Notes: generated by a model from the sequence alone, not told the origin. A stretch of DNA of 64,000 nucleotides from Victivallales bacterium (GCA_045592785.1 JAZNVL010000048.1:2317-66316), one strand, 5' to 3'; counted from the stretch's first letter, positions 36,002 through 45,791 are shown. Made by a program: numbers and translations.

Positions 36002-37402
36002 TCAGATCATGGGCAGACTTGCGGCTGCCACTGCCTGTCCGTGACGACGGTTGGTTTCATCCGGAATGGCGAATTCCACATTGTATTCCGGGAATTCAGT
36101 CTTGATGACCTTGCCCGCTTCTTCCAGGATGATGTCCCCGCCCTTGCCGGAGGTGACACGTCCCAGGATCAACAGTTTTTCAATGGCGGGATAGAAGTCA
36201 TAGTAACGGGCGATGGTGTAACCGAAGGCGACCCCGATGGACCGGAAGATCTTTTCGGCGCGTGCATCCCCTTGTTCCATGAATTTCTGCACTTCGATCA
36301 AACGTTTCGGGAAGGGCATGTCTTCGGGAAGTTCGATCCCTGCCAGGGGAGCCAGACGGGCGACACCCTGCTGGGAGAAGTACTGCACGCCGCAGCCCAG
36401 GTCTCCGCTCCATTCATCGGCGGGACCGTTTTCGCGGTAATCGATGGGCACGAACGCCAGTTCATTGAGCCAGTCGGTGATGTTGCCGTCCGGGTTCACA
36501 TAACCGCCAGCCATACTGGTTCCGAGGGAGACACCCAGCACGCTGTTGGAATTGAGCTGCATGGACCCGGCGAGGGCAGTGACTTCGCCATCGTTCACCA
36601 CTTCAAAGGGAACGCCCCATTCTTTGCCCAGTTCCAGGAAGATATCGGCAACTTTGGATTCAAACTGATCTTTCGGTACGCCACGGAAGAGAGAGGCGAT
36701 ACGCACACGGTTTGCCACATAGACCCCGGCGGAACTGCCGCCGATGGCATCCACGCGGGGCAGATGTGCCGCCGCACGTTTCAGTGTATCATTGATCCCG
36801 TCTTTGTGATAGGAAGGATCTTTCTGGAAGTAGGGGTCCCACGGAATTTCTTCGGAGAAGACCACTTCCCCGTCGATCACGGCTGCACATTTCCGGTCGG
36901 AACCGCCCAGGTCGAATCCGATACGGCATCCGGCGAGGTGACGTCCCAGTGGCTGCGTGGGTTCTTTTGCGGCGGGTGCATCTTCGTAATCGGCATAAAT
37001 GAATTCAACGGGATGATTGTAGATCCCGCCCATGACTTCGGAGTCGAAAGCACGGCTGCCGGTCTGGAGCGTATAGATCTTTGCCATGGATTCCGCCACA
37101 GCCTTGTCCCCGGCGATGGTGACTTTCGCACCGCCTTTGACCCAGAACATGGATTTCACAAGACGTTCCACATGGAAGAGATTGGCTTCTGCTTCCTCTG
37201 CGGTCGGGTTGTCAAACAGAATGGTTTCGTACACGCTGACGCTTTCCGCGCTGCGTTCCATTGCGATTTTGATTTTGCGTACCCGGCCAGATGCTTTCAC
37301 GGCATCCTGAAATGCGCGATCCCAGAGGACGGCAGGTACAAAATCGGGGTCGAGGCACGGCACGACGGCCGGTGCTGCTTTTTGAGCGATCTGCTTCAAC
37401 AT
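36002..37402 (-). CDS. ROK-family sugar kinase-like protein with an N-terminal extension of about 150 aa
   Basis: ASKHA/ROK motifs are present: IGFDLGGSDRKCAAV, VVNDGEVTALAG and LGTSMAGGYV. The first ~150 aa have no obvious family. Confidence 0.65.
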   Translation of the reverse strand: MLKQIAQKAAPAVVPCLDPDFVPAVLWDRAFQDAVKASGRVRKIKIAMERSAESVSVYETILFDNPTAEEAEANLFHVERLVKSMFWVKGGAKVTIAGDKAVAESMAKIYTLQTGSRAFDSEVMGGIYNHPVEFIYADYEDAPAAKEPTQPLGRHLAGCRIGFDLGGSDRKCAAVIDGEVVFSEEIPWDPYFQKDPSYHKDGINDTLKRAAAHLPRVDAIGGSSAGVYVANRVRIASLFRGVPKDQFESKVADIFLELGKEWGVPFEVVNDGEVTALAGSMQLNSNSVLGVSLGTSMAGGYVNPDGNITDWLNELAFVPIDYRENGPADEWSGDLGCGVQYFSQQGVARLAPLAGIELPEDMPFPKRLIEVQKFMEQGDARAEKIFRSIGVAFGYTIARYYDFYPAIEKLLILGRVTSGKGGDIILEEAGKVIKTEFPEYNVEFAIPDETNRRHGQAVAAASLPMI

Positions 37403-37609
37403 CTTGTTTCTCCTTGTTCCGGCTAATTAGCCTTATTGTTATTTCAAGATCTATGATTTTGGTATGTAAACGGGATAAGATAATCCATCTTTCCGGATTT
37501 TCAAGTTTTTTTTTGCTTTTTAACAAAGAATAATGCACCTTTTTTGTTTCCGGGAAGAATGTCATTCCCATCTTTTTTGAAAATTTTCAATTTTTTTTGC
37601 ATTTCGCAC

Positions 37610-37637
37610 TTGACAATATGAGATTTCGTGGTATATT
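37610..37637 (+). promoter_or_regulatory. Predicted promoter of tRNA-Lys
   Basis: TTGACA-N16-TATATT. The mature 5' end lies about 25 nt downstream. Confidence 0.55.
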
Positions 37638-37662
37638 ATCTCTCATGTTCCAAACGAACTGT

Positions 37663-37738
37663 GGGCTGGTAGCTCAGTCGGTAGAGCATCGCCCTTTTAA
37701 GGCGGTGGTCCCGGGTTCGAGTCCCGGCCAGCTCACCA
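37663..37738 (+). tRNA. tRNA-Lys: tRNA-Lys, anticodon UUU, CCA encoded
   Basis: The cloverleaf folds by hand. Acceptor stem GGGCTGG/CCAGCTC, D-arm GCTC-AGTCGGT-AGAGC, anticodon stem TCGCC/GGCGG with loop CTTTTAA, T-arm CCGGG-TTCGAGT-CCCGG. Length 76 nt. Confidence 0.95.
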
Positions 37739-37753
37739 CTTTTCGTTTTTTAT

Positions 37754-37782
37754 GCCATCCACTTCCGGATGGCTTTTTTTTC
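37754..37782 (+). terminator. Rho-independent terminator after tRNA-Lys
   Basis: GCCATCC-acttcc-GGATGGC followed by T8. Confidence 0.75.
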
Positions 37783-37810
37783 TTGTATTTTCGGAAAAAG
37801 CGTGTATATT
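37783..37810 (+). promoter_or_regulatory. Predicted promoter of the amino-acid ABC transporter operon
   Basis: TTGTAT-N16-TATATTAC. Confidence 0.45.
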
Positions 37811-37848
37811 ACCAAACCTATATTTTATTATTAACCGGGAAAGATAAC

Positions 37849-39324
37849 ATGATACTGAAAAACAGATGCTTTTGGAAGTCTCTGCTGTTCGGACTTTTTC
37901 TGACGTCGTTTGTCGCTTTCGGCGCAGAAAAATTGACCATGGTCACAGAGGCCACGTTCCCACCCTATGAATACCGGGAAGGGGAAAAAATCCTGGGAAT
38001 CGACCCTGAAATCGTCAGAATGGTCGCCCAACGGAACGGTCTCGAACTCGTTATCATGGATATGAACTTCGATTCCGTCATTGCTGCCGTTCAAACCGGG
38101 AAGGCGGATGTCGCCGCTTCCGGGATCACTGTCACGGAAGAACGGAAACGCATGGTCAATTTCACTACGCCTTACGTCAGTGCCAGACAGGTCATTATCG
38201 TCCCGGAAGACTCCCCCATCAAAGAAGTCGGTCAGCTCAAAGGACGGCGGATCGGGGCACAGCACGGGACTACCGGGGCGCAGTATGTGACCGATCACAT
38301 TCAGGAACCGGAACGGTTTGCCAATGCGGCATTGGCGATTTCCGCTCTGCTGGCAAAAAAAGTGGATTGCGTGGTGCTGGATGATGCACCGTCAAAAGTC
38401 TTTCTCACCAAGCATCCCACATTGAAGATCCTGCCGGAACCCCTTACATCCGAAGATTATGCCTTTGCCATCAGCAAGAGCCGTCCGGAACTTCTCGCCA
38501 TGTTCAACAAGACCCTGGCGGAGATGAGTGCAGATGGTTCACTGCAGGCGATCCTGGACAAGCATCTGACGAAAAACGAAGGCGGTGATGCGGCAGAAAT
38601 GCTGACTGTTTCTGCGGTCGCAAAAGATGCCGGCGGCTGGGAAAAACTCAAACAGGAATTCCATATCAACTTTGTGCAGGATGACCGGTATATGTATCTG
38701 GTCAACGGATTCGGCATCACGCTCCTTGTCGCGTTCGATGCCGTGATCTTGGGAATCCTCATCGGGTTCATCGTTGCCGTGATCCGCAGTACCGCTGACC
38801 AGACCGGACGTTTCAAGGTCCTGAACATGCTCTGCAAGGTATACCTTACTGTGATCCGCGGGACTCCGGTGGTGGTACAGCTTCTGATCATTTACTTTGT
38901 GATCTTCGGGTCTGTGGATGTAAGCAAATTGGTGGTGGCGATCCTGGCGTTCGGGCTGAATTCCGGCGCGTATGTGGCGGAAATCATCCGGTCCGGGATC
39001 ATGTCGATCGACCGCGGACAGCTGGAAGCCGGGCGCAGTCTCGGGCTTTCCTATCCGAAAACGATGCTCCTGATCATCCTGCCCCAGGCATTGAAAAATG
39101 TTCTGCCTGCGTTGGGGAATGAGTTCATCGTTCTGCTGAAAGAGACCAGTGTTTGCGGATTCATCGCGCTTTCCGACCTGACCAAGGGCGGCGACATCAT
39201 CCGCAGTCAGACCTATAACGCATTTTTCCCGTTGATCATGGTCGCCGCGATTTACCTGGCGGTTGTCATGCTCTTCTCCAGATTCCTGGCAATGATCGAA
39301 GAAAGGTTGAAGAAAAATGAGTGA
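37849..39324 (+). CDS. Polar amino-acid ABC transporter, substrate-binding domain fused to the permease
   Basis: The start is at MILKNRCFWKSLLFGLFLTSFVAFG (a signal/anchor). The family-3 SBP pattern is LTMVTEATFPPYEY...GIDPEIV...SGITVTEERK. The HisM/GlnP-type permease has the EAA loop (LEAGRSLGLSYPKTMLLIILPQALKNVLPALGNEF). The tracked ORF start at 37597 overlaps the tRNA and is rejected. Confidence 0.85.
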   Translation: MILKNRCFWKSLLFGLFLTSFVAFGAEKLTMVTEATFPPYEYREGEKILGIDPEIVRMVAQRNGLELVIMDMNFDSVIAAVQTGKADVAASGITVTEERKRMVNFTTPYVSARQVIIVPEDSPIKEVGQLKGRRIGAQHGTTGAQYVTDHIQEPERFANAALAISALLAKKVDCVVLDDAPSKVFLTKHPTLKILPEPLTSEDYAFAISKSRPELLAMFNKTLAEMSADGSLQAILDKHLTKNEGGDAAEMLTVSAVAKDAGGWEKLKQEFHINFVQDDRYMYLVNGFGITLLVAFDAVILGILIGFIVAVIRSTADQTGRFKVLNMLCKVYLTVIRGTPVVVQLLIIYFVIFGSVDVSKLVVAILAFGLNSGAYVAEIIRSGIMSIDRGQLEAGRSLGLSYPKTMLLIILPQALKNVLPALGNEFIVLLKETSVCGFIALSDLTKGGDIIRSQTYNAFFPLIMVAAIYLAVVMLFSRFLAMIEERLKKNE

Positions 39325-40057
39325 GAATATCATATTCGAAGTCCGGGATCTGGTGAAAGAATTCCCCGCAGTCCGCGCCGTGGATAAGGCTTCCATCGCC
39401 ATCCGGAAGGGGGAGGCGGTGTTCATCGTGGGACCCTCCGGCAGTGGAAAAAGTACGTTCCTGCGCTGTCTCAATCAGTTGGAAATCCCTACCGATGGCG
39501 TGATCCTTTTTCATGGGAAGCCAGTAGGACATAAAGCCAGTGAACTCAATCAATTCCGTGCGGATGTGGGAATGGTGTTCCAGCACTTTAATCTGTTCCC
39601 GCATTTGACGATCCGAAAGAATATCACACTCGCTCCCGTTTCCACCGGACGGCTCTCCAGAGAGGAAGCCGACCGTACCGCGGAACAGCTTCTTGCCCGG
39701 ATCGGACTGGCAGATAAAGCCGATGCATATCCCATGCAGCTTTCCGGCGGACAGAAACAGCGTGTTGCCATTATCCGAGCCCTTGCCATGAAACCGGAAG
39801 TGCTGCTCTTTGATGAGCCCACATCCGCTCTCGACCCCGAAATGGTGGGGGAAGTCCTTTCCCTTATGAAAGATCTTGCCAGAGACGGTATGACCATGAT
39901 CGTTGTGACCCATGAGATCGCGTTTGCGGCGCAGACTGCCGACCGCATGGTCTTCATGGATCATGGTCAGATCGTGGCGGAAGGTACTCCGGATGATCTG
40001 ATCAACCGTTCGGAAAATCCCCGGATCCGGGATTTCTTTTCCAAAATCCTGAAGTGA
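39317..40057 (+). CDS. Amino-acid ABC transporter ATP-binding protein
   Basis: Walker A GPSGSGKST, signature LSGGQKQR and Walker B LLFDEPTSALD. It has an 8-nt overlap with the permease gene. Confidence 0.93.
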   Translation: MSENIIFEVRDLVKEFPAVRAVDKASIAIRKGEAVFIVGPSGSGKSTFLRCLNQLEIPTDGVILFHGKPVGHKASELNQFRADVGMVFQHFNLFPHLTIRKNITLAPVSTGRLSREEADRTAEQLLARIGLADKADAYPMQLSGGQKQRVAIIRALAMKPEVLLFDEPTSALDPEMVGEVLSLMKDLARDGMTMIVVTHEIAFAAQTADRMVFMDHGQIVAEGTPDDLINRSENPRIRDFFSKILK

Positions 40058-40058
40058 G

Positions 40059-40910
40059 ATGACAACGATGAGATTGTTTTTCCGCATAATATTTGTTCTG
40101 GTGTTCGCGGTCCCGCTGTATGCAGACCCCATCCGTGTCGTCCGCAGGGAAGTCAAAATCGACGGCTGGCTCAAAGAACATCATGGCTTGAAGATCGCGT
40201 TCTTCGCGGATACCCATCTGTTGGAAAGCAACATCAGGGAAGAACCCTTTTCCGCATTGCCTGCGCTCCTCGCAAAAGAAAAGCCGGATCTGATCCTGCT
40301 TGGCGGTGATACTGTGGATACCCCTGCCAGAATGCGTGAACTGGAAGGTCTTTTTGTAAACTGGGTCGCCGCGTTTCCCGCCACACCCTGCGGGATCTAT
40401 GCGGTGTTGGGCAATCACGATCTCAATATGAAGAAACAGGTCCTTGCCATGCTGAAAAAGGCAAAGATCAATGTACTGTGCGACTCCGGAACGGAGATCA
40501 TGTTCAATGGAAAACCGTTCCGTCTGCTGGGGTCCATGGAGGAAAACAACGAAAAGGCGTATATCCACCCCCCGTTCCTGGAACTGGTTAAAAAAAGCAC
40601 GCCCTGTATCGTGGTGACACACCGTCCCGTTTCCTTCCGTTTTCTGCCGTCGGACCAGCCCATGCTGATCCTGGCGGGACATACTCACGGCGGCGTGGTG
40701 CATGTGCCGGGACTCCCCCGTGGTACCGTGATGCGTCTTTTTACGAAAGATCACGACACCGAATTTGTGTACGGCTGGTTCGAAAAAGACAAAAAGAAAA
40801 TGTTCATTACGGGCGGTATGGGCGGCAACGGAAAGAGTTCCATGCGTTTCGGGAACCCGCCGGAACTGGTGATCGTGACGATGATGTATGAACCTGCGGA
40901 GGAAAAGTGA
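40059..40910 (+). CDS. Metallophosphoesterase (calcineurin-like, YkuE/YaeI-like) with an N-terminal signal/anchor
   Basis: Motifs FFADTH, GGDTVD, LGNHD and AGHTHGG. Confidence 0.8.
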   Translation: MTTMRLFFRIIFVLVFAVPLYADPIRVVRREVKIDGWLKEHHGLKIAFFADTHLLESNIREEPFSALPALLAKEKPDLILLGGDTVDTPARMRELEGLFVNWVAAFPATPCGIYAVLGNHDLNMKKQVLAMLKKAKINVLCDSGTEIMFNGKPFRLLGSMEENNEKAYIHPPFLELVKKSTPCIVVTHRPVSFRFLPSDQPMLILAGHTHGGVVHVPGLPRGTVMRLFTKDHDTEFVYGWFEKDKKKMFITGGMGGNGKSSMRFGNPPELVIVTMMYEPAEEK

Positions 40911-40912
40911 TC

Positions 40913-42013
40913 ATGAGCGCAGAATACAATATTTATTTCCCCGATTTGAACGAAATCCCATCCTTTCCTGTGATCCCGATCCCCGAAAAGGAACTGCGGG
41001 ACGGCTTCCTTGTGCGCAGTCCCAACTGGCTGGGCGATGCCGTTATGACGTTCCCCGCACTTCGTCAACTGCGGAAACTGCTCCCCGCTCATTGCGGTTT
41101 GATGGTCGTCTGTCCGAAAGGATTGGCTCCCCTGTTCCGCGCGCTTGATTGCGTGGATAAAGTCATTCCTCTTGCGGATGCGCACGCTTTTATGAGTGCG
41201 GAGGAACGGTTGGAGACTGCGGAAGCTAATGCGGGCGCAGCGTTTTTCTTCAATAACAGTTTCCGGGATGCTCTTTCACTGAAACGGTGCGGGATCCCCC
41301 GGATGTATGGGGCAGCCGCCCGGTTCCGTTCGCTGCTGCTTACCCGGTCCTATCCCTTTGAAAAACGTTTGGATCACGTCTTGAATCATCCGCATCAGGC
41401 ATTAAAATATCTGGGTATGGTGCAGGCATCCGGCGCGCCTGTCTGGGATGGCGAAATGCCCGTACTCACACCGGATCCGCTGTCTCCCCCCTGCGAATTC
41501 ATCCGGGGGATCGCGGAACAGGAGAAACGGCTTCTGCTCCTGGCACCGGGTGCGGCGTACGGAGATGCCAAACGGTTTGATCCGGAAAAGTTCCGTACGG
41601 TTGCCAAATGGTGGATCGACCGCGGCGGCATTGCGGCGGCATTGGGCGGTCCCAATGAAGTCGGTCCGGCATCGGAAGCCTTACAGGGATTGCCGGAAAA
41701 ACAAGCCATGAATCTGGCGGGCCGCACCAATATCGATGAATTGATCCTGTTGCTGAAACGGGCGGATCTCTGTGTCGCCAATGACAGCGGTGTCATGCAT
41801 CTGGCGGCGGCGGCGGGTGCCCCGGGGGTCGCCGTGTTCGGGTCTACCGACCCGGTCGCCACCGGACCGCTCTCCAGAAAATGGATCGTTCTTTACCAAC
41901 AGCAGAAGTGTTCGCCCTGTTTCCGCCGGATCTGTCCGGAGGGAACCCGCGCCTGTTTCGGGGCATTGACGGCGGAAGACGTGATAAGTGCGGCGGAACG
42001 GCTTGAAAAATGA
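40913..42013 (+). CDS. GT9-family glycosyltransferase (LPS heptosyltransferase-like)
   Basis: VRSPNWLGDAVMTFPALRQLR is the hallmark N-terminus, and a C-terminal NDSGVMHLAAAAGAPGVAVFGSTDP is present. I prefer ATG 40913, which has GGAGGA 9 nt upstream. Confidence 0.8.
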   Translation: MSAEYNIYFPDLNEIPSFPVIPIPEKELRDGFLVRSPNWLGDAVMTFPALRQLRKLLPAHCGLMVVCPKGLAPLFRALDCVDKVIPLADAHAFMSAEERLETAEANAGAAFFFNNSFRDALSLKRCGIPRMYGAAARFRSLLLTRSYPFEKRLDHVLNHPHQALKYLGMVQASGAPVWDGEMPVLTPDPLSPPCEFIRGIAEQEKRLLLLAPGAAYGDAKRFDPEKFRTVAKWWIDRGGIAAALGGPNEVGPASEALQGLPEKQAMNLAGRTNIDELILLLKRADLCVANDSGVMHLAAAAGAPGVAVFGSTDPVATGPLSRKWIVLYQQQKCSPCFRRICPEGTRACFGALTAEDVISAAERLEK

Positions 42014-42061
42014 CAAAGAAATGATATATTACGGCTTTTTACGAAAGGATAGCAGGATAAA

Positions 42062-42346
42062 ATGGAAATCAGCATGTTTTTTGAGATCGTGATGCTGCTT
42101 TGTTTCGGAGCAAGCTGGCCGGCACAAATTGTCAAAACGATACGGGTGAAAGACCCGAAGGGGAAAAGTTTTCTCTTCCTTTCTCTCATTGTTTCCGGAT
42201 ATATCGCGGGGATCCTTTACAAATTCACTTCCGGACGGCTGGATGTAGTCACATTTCTCTACATTCTCAACTCTCTGATGGTGTTGACCGATATCGGATT
42301 CTCTCTCTATTACATCGCAAAAAATAAAAAGAAAATAAACGCATAA
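42062..42346 (+). CDS. Small 3-TM membrane protein, PQ-loop/SemiSWEET-like (tentative)
   Basis: 94 aa with three hydrophobic helices. The SWPAQI motif after TM1 resembles the PQ motif of SemiSWEET-type proteins. Confidence 0.45.
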   Translation: MEISMFFEIVMLLCFGASWPAQIVKTIRVKDPKGKSFLFLSLIVSGYIAGILYKFTSGRLDVVTFLYILNSLMVLTDIGFSLYYIAKNKKKINA

Positions 42347-42367
42347 TACATAAGAAAGGTGCGCAGC

Positions 42368-43804
42368 ATGGAACAGGATTACAACGTTTATCAGAACCCG
42401 CTGACCGGCAGATATGCCAGCAAAGAAATGAGCTATAACTGGTCTCCCCAGCGGAAACACTCCACCTGGCGTCGTCTCTGGCTGGCTCTGGCGGAATCGG
42501 AACAGGCTTTGGGACTTGAGATCACCGATCAGCAGCTGGAACAGATGCGTGCTCATCTGGACGATATCGACTTCGAAGCTGCCGCACGGGAAGAAGCTCT
42601 GCTCCGTCATGACGTGATGAGCCATATCCACGTCTTCGGTGATCTCTGCCCCGATGCAAAACCCATCATCCACCTGGGCGCGACCAGCTGTTTCGTCACC
42701 GATAATACCGAACTCATTCAGATGCGTTCCGGTCTGCGGATCCTCCGTTTGAAACTGCGGAAAGTCATCGCGCTCCTCGCCGACTTCACCGAAAAATACA
42801 AAGATATGCCCACCCTCGGGTTCACCCATTATCAGCCCGCACAGCTCACCACACTGGGCAAACGGTTCGCGCTGTACCTGCAGGACTTCGTCAATGACTT
42901 CGAACGTCTGGTCTATGAAGAAGAACACGTTCCGTTCCGCGGGGTGAAGGGGACCACCGGCACCCAGGCAAGTTTCATGGATCTTTTCAACGGCGATACG
43001 GATAAGGTCCGTACGCTGGATCAGATGGTCTCGGAAAAAATGGGCTTTGCCAAATCCGTCTGGCTCAGCGGTCAGACGTATTCCCGGAAAGCCGATTACC
43101 ATGTGCTGTGCGCCCTGGCGGGCATCGCCCAGAGTGCATACAAAATGGCGGGCGATATCCGTCTGCTTGCCAACCTGAAAGAGATCGAAGAACCCTTCGG
43201 CAAGAAACAGGTCGGTTCCAGTGCCATGGCATACAAACGCAATCCCATGCGTTCCGAACGGGTCTGCTCTCTTGCCCGTTATCTCATGAACCTGCCTGCG
43301 AACTGTGCGCAGACTGCCAGTGTGCAGTGGTTCGAACGTACTCTTGACGACTCCGCCAATCGTCGTATCGTGCTGCCGGAAGCCTTCCTGTGCTGTGACG
43401 TGATCCTTTCTCTGCTTGCCAATATCATCGATGGTATTCAGGTGTGGCCCAATGTCATCGCCGCCCGTGTGGCTTCCGAACTCCCCTTTATGGCAACGGA
43501 AAACATCATCATGGAAACCGTGAAAGCCGGCGGCGACCGTCAGGAACTCCACGAACATATCCGTGTCCACTCCATGGAAGCGGCGCGTGTCGTGAAGGCG
43601 GAAGGCGGACAGAATGATCTGCTCACCCGTTTGGCGGCGGATCCCATTTTTGCTGCCACTGCGGACCGGTTCGATGAGATCTTGAATCCTGCTGCATTCA
43701 CCGGCAGAGCCTCACAACAGGTGGAAGAATATCTGGCGGCTGCGGTCCGCCCGCTTCTCGCTGCTTATCCCGAAGAAGACAACGGCGAAGAAGTCAACGT
43801 CTGA
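42368..43804 (+). CDS. purB: Adenylosuccinate lyase
   Basis: Fumarate-lyase superfamily signature [15 protein letters not shown] and a typical PurB N-terminus ([14 protein letters not shown]). ATG 42368 has GAAAGG 9 nt upstream. Confidence 0.93.
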   Translation: MEQDYNVYQNPLTGRYASKEMSYNWSPQRKHSTWRRLWLALAESEQALGLEITDQQLEQMRAHLDDIDFEAAAREEALLRHDVMSHIHVFGDLCPDAKPIIHLGATSCFVTDNTELIQMRSGLRILRLKLRKVIALLADFTEKYKDMPTLGFTHYQPAQLTTLGKRFALYLQDFVNDFERLVYEEEHVPFRGVKGTTGTQASFMDLFNGDTDKVRTLDQMVSEKMGFAKSVWLSGQTYSRKADYHVLCALAGIAQSAYKMAGDIRLLANLKEIEEPFGKKQVGSSAMAYKRNPMRSERVCSLARYLMNLPANCAQTASVQWFERTLDDSANRRIVLPEAFLCCDVILSLLANIIDGIQVWPNVIAARVASELPFMATENIIMETVKAGGDRQELHEHIRVHSMEAARVVKAEGGQNDLLTRLAADPIFAATADRFDEILNPAAFTGRASQQVEEYLAAAVRPLLAAYPEEDNGEEVNV

Positions 43805-43814
43805 TCGACCGCCT

Positions 43815-45296
43815 ATGGATAAGAAAAAAGAGGCGATCTATACTTCCGGACCCATCGGCACCCGGATGCTGAAAACGGCATTCGGGATGCTGGCAGGCAC
43901 TCTTGCCATGTCCGGGTATAACATCGTCGATACGTTCTTCGTCGGAAAACTGGGCAAGATCCCGCTGGCGGCAATGGGGTTCACATTCCCCGTTGTCATG
44001 CTCATCGGTTGTATATTCCACGGACTGGGGACCGGGGTGATGACCACCAGTGCCCAGGCGCTCGGCGGAAACAAACACAGCAAAGCGGCGAAACTCGTCA
44101 CGTCCGGCGGGGTGCTGATCGGACTCTTTTCCATTTTTCTTGCGGTCCTGGGATATTTCACCAGCGGTCCTCTTTTTGAATTGTTCGGTGCCCGCGGTGA
44201 AACGCTGAACGAAGTCACCGGGTACATGAATATCTGGTTCTTCGGGTGCGCGACGGCATCCCTTTCCATGCTGGGCAATAATATTCTGATCGCAGTGGGC
44301 GACCCGAAAAACGCGGGCAGACTCATGGTGTTGGGACTCCTTCTCAATGCCTTGTTCGATCCGCTGTTCATCTTCGGTTGGGGGCCGATCCCGGGCGGCG
44401 GCATACGCGGTGCCGCGCTTGCCACCATCCTTTCCCAATGCGTTGCCACGGTCACCGCATTCCTGGTGGTCAGCCGGAAACATCACCTGATCACGTTCGA
44501 ACGGATCCCGTGGAAAGAAGTCCGTGCCGCCTGGGGGTTGATGATCCATTATGCCGTGCCCGCATCTCTGGGGATGCTCATGATGCCCCTGGGGTCCTCC
44601 ATCATCACCTGGATCACAGCCAGGTTCGGTGATGCTGCCGTTGCGGCAACAGCGGCATCGGGCAGACTGGAAATGCTGGCGTTTGTGTTCCCCATGGCAT
44701 TGGGGATGTCTCTCATCTCCATGATCGGGCAGAACTACGGAGCCCGGCTGTATTCCCGGATCCGCATCTGTTTCAAGTTCGCCATGTGGTATGCCTTCCT
44801 CTTTCTGCTGGGGATGGCGGTGATCTATTTCTTCTGCGCCGATTGGCTTGTGGGTATTTTCGCCCCCAAAGATGACCCGGCGGTCCATGACATCATGGTG
44901 GACTGTCTCCGGATCACTGCGTGGGGCTTCGGCATGATCGAGATCCACCGGTACGCCGGATTCTTTTACATCGGCTGCGGACGTCCTGCGGTCGCGGCAT
45001 GGCTCAATGCACTGCGTATCCTCGGCCTGATGCTCCCGTTCTCGTTCCTGGCGTTATACTTCCAGTCACTCACCGGATTGTTCTGGGCGCGTTTCCTGGC
45101 GGATGTGCTTGCCGGCGGGACCGGGTTGATCCTGGCGGGCAGAATGGTACACCGTCTGCTGCCTGCGGAAGATGGTGCGCCGCCCCCGGCGAAGCATGAA
45201 AAAGATTCTCTGTTCAAGCGGGTATTCCGTCGCCGGAATCTGCCTGCGTTTGCCACCGCCCAGACCAAGATCGATATAGACAGCAGTACACAATAA
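43815..45296 (+). CDS. MATE-family efflux transporter
   Basis: 12-TM profile with N-terminus MLKTAFGMLAGTLAMSGYNIVDTFFVGKLG. Confidence 0.85.
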   Translation: MDKKKEAIYTSGPIGTRMLKTAFGMLAGTLAMSGYNIVDTFFVGKLGKIPLAAMGFTFPVVMLIGCIFHGLGTGVMTTSAQALGGNKHSKAAKLVTSGGVLIGLFSIFLAVLGYFTSGPLFELFGARGETLNEVTGYMNIWFFGCATASLSMLGNNILIAVGDPKNAGRLMVLGLLLNALFDPLFIFGWGPIPGGGIRGAALATILSQCVATVTAFLVVSRKHHLITFERIPWKEVRAAWGLMIHYAVPASLGMLMMPLGSSIITWITARFGDAAVAATAASGRLEMLAFVFPMALGMSLISMIGQNYGARLYSRIRICFKFAMWYAFLFLLGMAVIYFFCADWLVGIFAPKDDPAVHDIMVDCLRITAWGFGMIEIHRYAGFFYIGCGRPAVAAWLNALRILGLMLPFSFLALYFQSLTGLFWARFLADVLAGGTGLILAGRMVHRLLPAEDGAPPPAKHEKDSLFKRVFRRRNLPAFATAQTKIDIDSSTQ

Positions 45297-45327
45297 CACC
45301 CATTTTAACATAAGAGGAGTGATCCCG

Positions 45328-45786
45328 ATGGAGAAACAGCTTTCTTTTCATTTCACCGATGATTTCAGCGAAACATGCCGCATCCATGATGCCCTTTACA
45401 ATTACAACCTCGAAAAAACAAAGGCGGAACGCGTGGATGCTCATGCCTGTGAGTATCCGGAGCAGTTCGCTCTTGTCGCACGGGATGAAAACGGAAAAAG
45501 TTACGGCGGGATCTCCTTCCATTGGCTGAACGATCCCAGACGCATTTTCGTCAGTTACGTTTTCTTTGATGATGAGATCCGCGGTTGCGGCGCAGGAAGA
45601 AAAATCTTTCAGGAACTCATTGATCATGCCCGGAAGAACGGTGCCGTGCAGATCGATCTGACCACCAATACGTTCCAGGCTCCCGGTTTTTATCAGAAAA
45701 TGGGATTCCGGATCACGCACGAAGAAAAACGCCCGGCACCCGCCTGTCCGGAGAACATCCACTACGAACTGACACTGGAACTGTAA
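45328..45786 (+). CDS. GNAT-family N-acetyltransferase
   Basis: Acetyl-CoA motif A-like (IRGCGAGRKIFQELIDHARKNG...FYQKMGF). ATG 45328 lies 8 nt after GAGGAG. Confidence 0.75.
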   Translation: MEKQLSFHFTDDFSETCRIHDALYNYNLEKTKAERVDAHACEYPEQFALVARDENGKSYGGISFHWLNDPRRIFVSYVFFDDEIRGCGAGRKIFQELIDHARKNGAVQIDLTTNTFQAPGFYQKMGFRITHEEKRPAPACPENIHYELTLEL

Positions 45787-45791
45787 GTCTG

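Noticed and set aside
37421-37432. A perfect 12-bp palindrome GGCTAATTAGCC, 18 nt upstream of the ROK gene start, considered as a possible operator.
   Set aside because: About 15 perfect 12-bp palindromes are expected by chance in 64 kb, and I noticed no second copy. I note it only as a weak candidate.
37597-37848. The N-terminal 84 codons of the tracked 575-aa ORF, which overlap the tRNA-Lys gene.
   Set aside because: This stretch reads through a tRNA, its terminator and a predicted promoter. The ABC-transporter protein begins at ATG 37849 with a signal/anchor sequence. Similar long-ORF N-terminal extensions were trimmed at 16635, 20096, 21664, 48971, 49923, 50629, 53266, 54711 and 56007.
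37663-42013. A possible integrated element downstream of tRNA-Lys, since tRNA genes are common integration hot spots.
   Set aside because: I see no integrase, no direct repeat of the tRNA 3' end and no phage or mobile-element genes. The downstream genes are an ABC transporter, a phosphoesterase and an LPS glycosyltransferase.
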